Source: Gammaproteobacteria bacterium
Lineage (GTDB): Bacteria; Pseudomonadota; Gammaproteobacteria; Pseudomonadales; Pseudohongiellaceae
Direction of reading: 5' to 3'
Assembly (NCBI GenBank): GCA_963854625.1
Contig: CAWKZY010000005.1
Span: 10,028-74,027, forward strand
Length of the DNA: 64,000 bases
Below are positions 56,749 through 64,000 of this stretch, one piece after another. The position numbers were made by a program, and so were the translations under genes. Below the pieces are notes generated by a model. It was given only the letters and a program-made list of their open reading frames with translations, had not been told where the DNA came from and made no database searches. Each line of letters starts with the position of its first letter. Within the stretch, counting starts at the first letter, position 1.

Positions 56749-58773
56749 TTATCTGTAGGTTCGGTTCGCGATTATCGACTCAACAAGGATCAGTATTGCA
56801 GCCAAACAAAGAATCCACCACCAAATTCTCTGAGGCCGCTCTAGCTCTGCCACTAGTTGTTCAGTCTGAACTTGTCTTGATTGCACCGGACTAGTATCCG
56901 GATTAATAATGCGGTCGTAGAGGTTTGAGACTGGCGCCTTAGCCAGATTGGACTCCCCTGCCAATACATTAATCGAGTAGTTAAGTGAATTACCGTTAAT
57001 AGTCGCCTTGATAAACCCTGGTTGGCGCGCGGTGATCGAATAGCCGTCGCCGGCAAACTCAAGCGGCTCACCATTTACATCAGTAGCCGAAATATTAATG
57101 CCGGCAGGCGCATTGCCACCTAAGTTAAAACTAGTGCCGACCTCAAAGTCGCGCTTAATGTTTTCGGCCTGCGCTAAGTGACGGAGGGTTTCATGGACAA
57201 AGGGGAGGAAAAGCCCTTGTAGGGCAAGATTATTCCATTCTAAATCTAGCGAGGATGCGAATAACAGTGTTCTACCTGCGCCCACCGTTCGCTCAACCAA
57301 TGCAGGCTCAGCAGAATCAAACTGCATTAAAACATCGGCTCCTTCAACTGGCGCTAGGCTCCAATGATTCTCAAACCTAGCTGACCATTCATTGCCTAGA
57401 GGTCGCAATATAGGATGGCGGCGATCGAAGTCTGCAATGACCAAATAATCATCTCTGCTTGATCCCTGTCGCTGGATAAGGGCAGGAGTTATATCAGCGA
57501 AAAGTGAATTAAAAGTTTCAGCTTGAACGCGATCGGCGGGCGCAAATAGAACACTTCCCCCGCGCCTTACATAGTTAGTCAGCGCTTGAGCTTGGCCACT
57601 ATTTAAGCTTCCCACGTTCAATAATACCGCCACATCTGTTTGTCTTAATGCCGCAGCACTTAGCACCCTCGGCTCAATAGATTCCAACTCAAAAGGCGAT
57701 TGAAGTGCTGCGCTAACAGCCAGCCCAAACCAATGCCCCTCATCATCAAACCAATTATCAGACGCCTCACCATTCACTACGAGCACACGAATCTTTGGTA
57801 ATACATCCACAGTAAAATAGCTCACGTTATCCACAGCAAAGCTGTCTCCAGATACGCGCACCTCGCCAGTATAGGACCCTTGCCCTTCAAAGTCGGCATC
57901 AAAGGTCACTACCGCCTCGGATTGGTCACTGAGATCGACAGTCTGGCGATCGATAATTTGATCGTTGATCACCAAGGTGACATCACCTGTGGCTAGATAG
58001 GAAGTACCTGTCGATCTAACTCGAGCAAGTATTTTTTGACCTGCCGCATCTTCCAGAAGCTGCTCTGGGGCACGCAAATCAGTCAGCGCTAGATTCTCAG
58101 ATGATTCTTTACCAACATCCAACCCGCTAAAAGTCACACCTGGAGACAGTTTCCAGCCATCATTGGTTTCATCACTAGCAGATGCTTGAAAGTCTGACAC
58201 CAGATAAACCGCTCGATTCTCAAAGCGAGACGTCTCCAACAGCTGATCCGCCAGTCTCAGGTTAGGCATATACGCGGTGGCCCCGAAACCGGCCTGCTCC
58301 AAGCCTTCAACAAAAGAACTGAGACCATCAATATCCGTAGTGAACTCTCGAACTATTTCAGCCCTATCAGAAAATGCAATCAGGGCTACTTCGTCACCAG
58401 AGGTCATAGAGGAAAGTATGTCCAACACTGATTTTTTCGCAACGGCGAAGGTATCCGCATATTGCATACTCATAGAAACATCCAATAAAATCACGGCAGA
58501 TTGAGGGTCTGCATCCAACAGCCTGGCCACAGCTTGATTGACAAGCGGCCTAGCAAAAGCAACAACGAGTAAGATGATCAACGCAGAACGTAGCAGCAAT
58601 AACAGAATTTGTTGTAACTGCTGAAACAAGACAAGCTTTTTTGATGTCTTCTTCAAAAACCGGATAGTACTAAACATCATCTTCGGCGGCTTTTCTTTAC
58701 GAATCAAATGAATAGCAATAGGGATAAGAGCTGCCAGCAAACCCAATAGGAAAAGAGGAGTCAAAAATACCAT
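56749..58773 (-). CDS. BatA-type membrane protein: N-terminal double-TM domain plus VWA domain plus C-terminal TM
   Basis: The start MVFLTPLFLLGLLAALIPIAIHLIRKEK (N-terminal double-transmembrane signature) at 58773 overlaps the DUF58 stop (TAATG). VWA MIDAS DVSMS. C-terminal anchor IWWWILCLAAILILV. Confidence 0.7.
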   Translation of the reverse strand: MVFLTPLFLLGLLAALIPIAIHLIRKEKPPKMMFSTIRFLKKTSKKLVLFQQLQQILLLLLRSALIILLVVAFARPLVNQAVARLLDADPQSAVILLDVSMSMQYADTFAVAKKSVLDILSSMTSGDEVALIAFSDRAEIVREFTTDIDGLSSFVEGLEQAGFGATAYMPNLRLADQLLETSRFENRAVYLVSDFQASASDETNDGWKLSPGVTFSGLDVGKESSENLALTDLRAPEQLLEDAAGQKILARVRSTGTSYLATGDVTLVINDQIIDRQTVDLSDQSEAVVTFDADFEGQGSYTGEVRVSGDSFAVDNVSYFTVDVLPKIRVLVVNGEASDNWFDDEGHWFGLAVSAALQSPFELESIEPRVLSAAALRQTDVAVLLNVGSLNSGQAQALTNYVRRGGSVLFAPADRVQAETFNSLFADITPALIQRQGSSRDDYLVIADFDRRHPILRPLGNEWSARFENHWSLAPVEGADVLMQFDSAEPALVERTVGAGRTLLFASSLDLEWNNLALQGLFLPFVHETLRHLAQAENIKRDFEVGTSFNLGGNAPAGINISATDVNGEPLEFAGDGYSITARQPGFIKATINGNSLNYSINVLAGESNLAKAPVSNLYDRIINPDTSPVQSRQVQTEQLVAELERPQRIWWWILCLAAILILVESIIANRTYR

Positions 58774-59666
58774 TAGAAGCTCTTTGCTCGCTTGGCCATA
58801 TACGCAGATAAGGCGGAATCTAGGGGCTGAGATGTATTCATTAGACAATAATCTACGCCACTGCTTTGGCATTTCTTTTTACAATAGTTTAAAAATTCAT
58901 TTAAGTTTTCCAAATAAGCGTCTCGAATGGCCGCAGGAGAAGTGATATAGGATTCGTTGTTCTCCATGTCAACAAATTCGGAAGCTTCGTTAAACGGGAA
59001 GTTAATTTCGGCATCGTCGAGCAAGTGAAAAGCAATGACATCATTGCCCATGGCTCTTAAATTCTGCAGGGTTGCTATCACTTTTTCCTCATCTTCAAGC
59101 ATGTCTGATATGAGGATAACCATACTTTTCTTGTTTAGCGTGGCAGCCAGATCCGTTAACGGTTTGACCGCATTGGTCTTCTTGCCCGTCTCGACACGGG
59201 CCAATGTTCGCAGTATGTGCATCAAATGAGGCTTCCGACATTTCGCCGGCAGATAGTCATTCATCTGCTCATCAAAAGTAATCAGTCCGACAGCGTCTCG
59301 CTGCTGCATAATAAAATAGGCAAGCGCAGAGGCCAAGGTAATCCCATAATTGAGCTTACTGACACCCCCAGAGGTGTAGGACATAGACGCGCTGGTGTCC
59401 AACACTATCATGCAACGAACATTGGTCTCGTCTTCATACTGCTTTATGTAAAGTTTCTCACTGCGTGCGTAAAGCTTCCAATCCACATGACGCATATCAT
59501 CACCGGTGTGATAATGGCGATAGTCATTAAATTCGACACTGAATCCTCTGTGGGGGCTTTTATGCAAACCAGAAACAAAACCTTCAACCGCGACACGTGC
59601 ACGTAGCTCAAGATTATCCAATCCTGCGAGAACAGTAGGGTCTAAAAAATTAGCCGAGTCAGACAT
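58773..59666 (-). CDS. DUF58 (VWA-like) protein, MoxR partner
   Basis: 297 aa. HRGFSVEFNDYRHYHTGDDMRHVDWKLYARSEKLYIKQYEDE is the DUF58 signature, followed by VLDTSASM. Confidence 0.85.
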   Translation of the reverse strand: MSDSANFLDPTVLAGLDNLELRARVAVEGFVSGLHKSPHRGFSVEFNDYRHYHTGDDMRHVDWKLYARSEKLYIKQYEDETNVRCMIVLDTSASMSYTSGGVSKLNYGITLASALAYFIMQQRDAVGLITFDEQMNDYLPAKCRKPHLMHILRTLARVETGKKTNAVKPLTDLAATLNKKSMVILISDMLEDEEKVIATLQNLRAMGNDVIAFHLLDDAEINFPFNEASEFVDMENNESYITSPAAIRDAYLENLNEFLNYCKKKCQSSGVDYCLMNTSQPLDSALSAYMAKRAKSF

Positions 59667-59682
59667 GGATTAGCGGCAGCCT

Positions 59683-60711
59683 CTACAGTTCAGACTTAGG
59701 TTCAGGAACAGCTTCTAACAGCCTGCGAACAACTTCATCTGTGGTAATTCTTTCGGCCTCAGCGTGGAAGTTCAACAACACTCTGTGGCGTAACACAGAA
59801 GGCGCTAGCGCTCTTATATCACCGAAGGAAACGTTATACCGGCCTCTTAGCAGCGCCCTGACCTTGCCTCCTAAAACTAGATTCTGAGACGCTCGAATTC
59901 CCGCACCCCAACTAACCCAGTCTTTAATAAAGCCCGGTGCATTAGGGCTTTGTGGGCGCGAGGCATGAACCAACTGAACAGCATATTTAATAACCGCTTC
60001 TGCAGCTGGCACTTGGCGCGCTATGCGCTGAAATTCTAAAATGTCTTCTCCGCTTAGGGGGTGGGACAACTGCGCCTCATTGGTTTGAGTTGTGTTGGCC
60101 ACCACCGTGATTTCATCTTCCTCGGAGAGATAACCAAGTTCTATCTTGAACATGAAACGGTCGAGTTGAGCTTCAGGCAGCGGGTAGGTGCCCTCTAACT
60201 CGATAGGGTTCTGTGTCGCTAAGACAAAAAATGGCTTGGACATTGGGTAAGTCACACCGGCTGCTGTCACCTGACGCTCTTCCATAGCTTCTAAAAGCGA
60301 AGACTGAGTCTTTGGCGGAGTACGGTTAATTTCATCTGCTAATAAGATATTAGTAAAAATCGGCCCTTTGACAAATTTCAAGGTACGCCGCCCGTCTTGC
60401 TCCTCAACTATTTCTGAGCCAACAACATCCGACGGCATAAGGTCAGGAGTAAACTGAATACGACTAAAATCAACCTGCAATATGTCCGCTACCGTTTTGA
60501 TAAGCAGGGTTTTAGCCAGACCGGGGACACCCGTTATCAAACAATGTCCGCCAGCGAACAGTGCAATCAACAGTTCATCAATGATTTCATCTTGACCGAT
60601 AATAACTTTTTTAATTTCCGCCACGATCTGGTCACGACCATCCTGCATACGTTTGACTAAAGCCAAATCATCCTGATCATCGATCGCTAAGATTTCTTCT
60701 GTTTCTTCCAT
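59683..60711 (-). CDS. MoxR-family AAA+ ATPase
   Basis: 342 aa. Walker A GVPGLAKT, Walker B LLADEINR, and the typical MoxR length and C-terminal helical domain. Confidence 0.9.
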   Translation of the reverse strand: MEETEEILAIDDQDDLALVKRMQDGRDQIVAEIKKVIIGQDEIIDELLIALFAGGHCLITGVPGLAKTLLIKTVADILQVDFSRIQFTPDLMPSDVVGSEIVEEQDGRRTLKFVKGPIFTNILLADEINRTPPKTQSSLLEAMEERQVTAAGVTYPMSKPFFVLATQNPIELEGTYPLPEAQLDRFMFKIELGYLSEEDEITVVANTTQTNEAQLSHPLSGEDILEFQRIARQVPAAEAVIKYAVQLVHASRPQSPNAPGFIKDWVSWGAGIRASQNLVLGGKVRALLRGRYNVSFGDIRALAPSVLRHRVLLNFHAEAERITTDEVVRRLLEAVPEPKSEL

Positions 60712-60728
60712 TGTTTGTTTCCCGTCTT

Positions 60729-61547
60729 CTAGTGACTAAAAGCGTAAATTAAAAAGTTAATGCCTATCTTGTAAGCCTCGTTGGTATATTTCGTTGGGTA
60801 GCCTTCATAAAAAGTATGCTCCCAACCATCACCGAGGTCGGTGTTATAATTTGCAACCATCATGACTCGGCCGTCGTCATCTAAAACCGCATAAACCTCC
60901 GGCGGATAACTGGGATCATTAAGATTCATGAATCCCCCATAATCCCAGGTCACCATCCGCCCTGGCACCTGCGCCAGTTCGTTTATATCAAAAAAAGTAT
61001 GAAAAATTTCATGGGTAGTATCGAGCTTTATAATTTCTCGATCTGGGAATATCTTCCCCATTTCCACAAACATATCATCAAGATGTGGCTCCCCCCAAAA
61101 ATCATCAACCAGAACGAAACCGCCTCTGAACATAAATTCTCGTAACGCTTCAATTTCATCCGGCTGAAAATCAGGACCACTAAGAGACGACCCTATAGGT
61201 ACTCGCTTCCAATTCATATAAAGAAATATATTTTCAAATAATTTCGGGTCGGTAAGTGCTATGTATTCATGATTGGCCGGATTTGTATCTACGTTGGTAT
61301 ATCGCTGCACACCTCGCAGAAAATTTTGATCTGAATCTGGATAGTCCGTATCCCACCAGCCACCGCGTCTGCGATAGCTAAACGAACCACTGTGATTACT
61401 GTAAACACCTCTTACCCAGCGGAAGTCGGTTAAGTCTGTCCCGTATATAGAAACATCCTCATCACTGCCTAACTGCATCACCTGCCCGTGCCCGAAGCCA
61501 CTTAGCAAGAAAAGAGTTAACGGCAAAAAGAAGAAACGTTGCTTCAT
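60729..61547 (-). CDS. DUF4159-like secreted protein
   Basis: 272 aa with a signal peptide. WWDTDYPDSDQNFLRGVQRYTN… and GGFVLVDDFWG match the DUF4159 pattern. The start overlaps the upstream gene's stop (TGATG). Confidence 0.65.
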   Translation of the reverse strand: MKQRFFFLPLTLFLLSGFGHGQVMQLGSDEDVSIYGTDLTDFRWVRGVYSNHSGSFSYRRRGGWWDTDYPDSDQNFLRGVQRYTNVDTNPANHEYIALTDPKLFENIFLYMNWKRVPIGSSLSGPDFQPDEIEALREFMFRGGFVLVDDFWGEPHLDDMFVEMGKIFPDREIIKLDTTHEIFHTFFDINELAQVPGRMVTWDYGGFMNLNDPSYPPEVYAVLDDDGRVMMVANYNTDLGDGWEHTFYEGYPTKYTNEAYKIGINFLIYAFSH

Positions 61548-64000
61548 CAGTCGCTGCCTTCACCGATAGTTTGCAGCAAAATTTGCTGCGCACGCTGAAA
61601 AGAAGGCGCTATTTCCAAGGCTCGGAGGATACTTTGCTTCGCCTCGCTAAGCTGACCGTTGGATAGATAGGCCTCTGCCAGATTAGTCTGAGCTTCTACC
61701 GGGTCATTTACTTCAAGGCTCATCAGTACTTCGTATTCGGTGACAGCCAAAGCATTATTGCCCGTTTCTTTGGCGAATTGCGCCTTAAGCTCATGCACAT
61801 CATTGCGATAAGGGTCAACTTGGAGTGCCCTGTCTAGGTAGTAGTTAGCTCGTTCAAAATCAGACTCATCAAGTGCCGCTTGGGCCAAGATCATTGCAGA
61901 GCCGAAGTCATGCTGCAGATTTTCCAAAAGTACCTCTAGCCATTGCAGCTGAGACTCTTTATCGCCTTCTTGCTCATAAATTTGCGAAAGAACCAAAGCC
62001 GGACTTGGGTAACCTGTGTAACCTGGCAATAAATTATACGCAAATTCCAGCGACTCTTTTGCTTCAATAAAATTCTCGTCTTTGAACAAAACAATTCCTA
62101 GCTGAAGATGCGCTTGAAAATCCCGAACGTTTTCCTGAATCCGGTTGCTCATGTGTTGCTTAAGGGATACGTTGTTATACAACTCCGCTAGAATCGCACT
62201 TGAATTTTCTCGCACTCCGTGGCCGTGGCCATCGCCCTCGTCAGGCGTGTCTTCTTTATGGACATGGACGTTTATTTCACTAACCCTGCGCTCAACCCAG
62301 CTTCTAAAACCAACATCGAACTCGTCAATTGAGGTTTCAAACACTTCGGCAAAGCGCTCTGAATCCTCTTTAATCAATCCGTACTGATAGACAAGATCAA
62401 CCAACTTTTCGAAACCATATTCACTGGCGATATAGTCGACAACTAAATAGGACTGAAAATAGGCAAAACCGAGATCAGCGCTGGATTGCGCCCCGGAAAA
62501 GCCCGCATTTAAATTCTTAACATGGAGAAGCTTATCTTGCTCAGCAGCCCTCACCAAATCCAAACCTTGGCTGCGCCCCCAGTAAGAACGACCTTCTCTT
62601 TCTTCCCAGACCGAGATACCTTCTGACAGCCAGCGGGGCATTCGATTACCTGTCATTTGCAATGTCACCACATGGGCAAACTCATGCCAGACTATTTCTT
62701 GCCAGTTAGCAGAGAGCGTATCTGGGGAAATAAGAGTGATGACCTTGCCAAAACAAATTCCAACAAGGGGACCTATATCTGGAAGACCCACTGAGCGCAC
62801 AGCAAAGTCCTCGGTCTTCTCGAATACTTCAATAAGTATTGGCCCTTCAGGTTCAAAGCCATACTTTGCCGTCAATGTGTCCCAGCCTTCTTCTAGAAGC
62901 GGCTCAAGGTAAGGCCATAATATTTTTGCATCACGCTGACTCATGTGAACTTTAAAGTGCTCACTCTCGAGGGTTGCGTAAGTTTCCAACGTGTCAAAAA
63001 CCTTTAACATGTTAGAGGTCAAAATATTAAAAGGGTCATTTTCATAGCCAATTTCTAAATTCGCCTTACCTTCTTCCTCCTCACCTAATCGAATCAGATT
63101 ACTACCGAGCACGGTATAGCCCTGCCAATACTCCGGATCAGCTTCTATAGCTGCCCTGGCAAAGCCTACCGCCTCGGTAAATAAATAATTATTACCAAAC
63201 GTATCCGCCACATCACCAAGAAACTTAGGATTATTGGGGCTGAAAGCATCAACCTGTCTTTTAAAGCGCTGAAAATCCTCATCGCGTTTCTCCAGGGCTG
63301 CTTTTGCACCGAGGACGCTCAAGGTCTTCAGCGATTCAGAATTCATCGCTAAAGCCCTGTCAAAATAACTCATCGCCTCGTCTTCACGACTATTCAACAG
63401 CAACAGCTGACCGTAAGTTTCCAGCGCTGGTATCGAATTGGGGTTGATGCTTAATGCTCGCTCAAGAGCACGCTCATCTCCAACTACTCGAGCGATACCT
63501 ATCAAGGCAGGTGTATAACGACTATTAATGTCTAACGCGGCCTGAAAAGAGCGCTCGGCATCGGTGGCATTGTATTTTTCGAGGAATAAATCGCCCCACA
63601 GGACATGTGCCTCTAGATTGTTAGGATTGGCTCTAGTTGCTTCGCTAAAAAGACTATTTGCATCATGAAAATTGTCCGTTAGCCAGCTCGCTAGTGCGAC
63701 CATAGCAACATCTTCTGAACTGAAGACAAGTCCGTCATTATAGCGTTGAATAGATTGGTCCAAATACTCATAAGCCTGAGCTTTGCGCCCCACAAACTGC
63801 AGCAAGCTGCCGTATTGAACAAGTGTGCGCACTGGCGCCTCAAAGGATTCATCAATTAGCTGTTTGAGTATCGCTATAGCAGCTTCGGAATTACCCGTGA
63901 GACGTTTAAGCTCGGCCAGTTGCGTACTTATTAAGGGAAATTCCGCGTAGCCCTCATCACCAATCGCATCTTCACATATTTTGATTGCTTCTTGATAGTT
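61547..64000 (-). CDS. TPR-repeat protein with an embedded HExxH (Peptidase_MA_2-like) metallopeptidase domain; 5' end outside the window
   Basis: The frame stays open to the window edge upstream of the track's GTG start at 63832. TPR-like repeats lie on both sides of VWHEFAHVV…PRWLSEGISVWEE (HExxH at nt 62672-62686 plus a downstream Glu, the gluzincin pattern). Confidence 0.7.
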   Translation of the reverse strand, partial: NYQEAIKICEDAIGDEGYAEFPLISTQLAELKRLTGNSEAAIAILKQLIDESFEAPVRTLVQYGSLLQFVGRKAQAYEYLDQSIQRYNDGLVFSSEDVAMVALASWLTDNFHDANSLFSEATRANPNNLEAHVLWGDLFLEKYNATDAERSFQAALDINSRYTPALIGIARVVGDERALERALSINPNSIPALETYGQLLLLNSREDEAMSYFDRALAMNSESLKTLSVLGAKAALEKRDEDFQRFKRQVDAFSPNNPKFLGDVADTFGNNYLFTEAVGFARAAIEADPEYWQGYTVLGSNLIRLGEEEEGKANLEIGYENDPFNILTSNMLKVFDTLETYATLESEHFKVHMSQRDAKILWPYLEPLLEEGWDTLTAKYGFEPEGPILIEVFEKTEDFAVRSVGLPDIGPLVGICFGKVITLISPDTLSANWQEIVWHEFAHVVTLQMTGNRMPRWLSEGISVWEEREGRSYWGRSQGLDLVRAAEQDKLLHVKNLNAGFSGAQSSADLGFAYFQSYLVVDYIASEYGFEKLVDLVYQYGLIKEDSERFAEVFETSIDEFDVGFRSWVERRVSEINVHVHKEDTPDEGDGHGHGVRENSSAILAELYNNVSLKQHMSNRIQENVRDFQAHLQLGIVLFKDENFIEAKESLEFAYNLLPGYTGYPSPALVLSQIYEQEGDKESQLQWLEVLLENLQHDFGSAMILAQAALDESDFERANYYLDRALQVDPYRNDVHELKAQFAKETGNNALAVTEYEVLMSLEVNDPVEAQTNLAEAYLSNGQLSEAKQSILRALEIAPSFQRAQQILLQTIGEGSD

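Overview
This window reads as a gammaproteobacterial, probably marine, chromosome segment. That assignment rests on conserved synteny: lptF-lptG next to divergent pepA-holC-valS, ribF-ileS-fkpB-ispH, glnK-amtB, and a RegB/RegA-type two-component pair. About 50 CDS are supportable and no intact RNA gene was found. The window divides into four parts. (1) The left 12.4 kb looks accessory. It holds an AT-rich serralysin/RTX protease gene, then a visibly GC-richer block (2.2-11.8 kb) of seven signal-peptide proteins: an MBL hydrolase, a peptidyl-hydroxyglycine lyase (PAL)-like NHL propeller, a CapA-like protein, an LRR protein, an unknown, a PQQ dehydrogenase, and a peptidylglycine monooxygenase (PHM)-like copper enzyme carrying an N-terminal CxxCH motif. 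The block ends at a decayed integration module, an integrase N-terminal pseudogene plus a 5'-truncated tRNA-Leu-like fragment. It also contains two copies of a structured element of about 110 nt. (2) 12.9-30.3 kb is core housekeeping: leuB, a Leptospira-type cimA, lptFG, pepA, holC, valS, ispH, fkpB, ileS and ribF. lspA is absent from its usual position. (3) 30.4-56 kb is mixed. It includes an OlsF-like two-domain acyltransferase translationally coupled to a membrane-anchored ATP-grasp ligase. It also includes an ECF sigma/anti-sigma pair with two DUF4252-like paralogues, and a sigma-54-type promoter in front of an NGGI-repeat gene interrupted by two in-frame stops. The remaining genes are glnK-amtB, an acyl-CoA synthetase, RegB/RegA, an RND pump and an RCK K+ channel. 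(4) 56.6-64 kb is a tightly coupled envelope operon running off the window: TPR/HExxH peptidase, DUF4159, MoxR, DUF58 and a BatA-VWA protein. The strongest candidate for an undescribed system is the split PHM-like/PAL-like pair with the adjacent PQQ dehydrogenase. All family calls come from motif recognition by eye; no database search was run.
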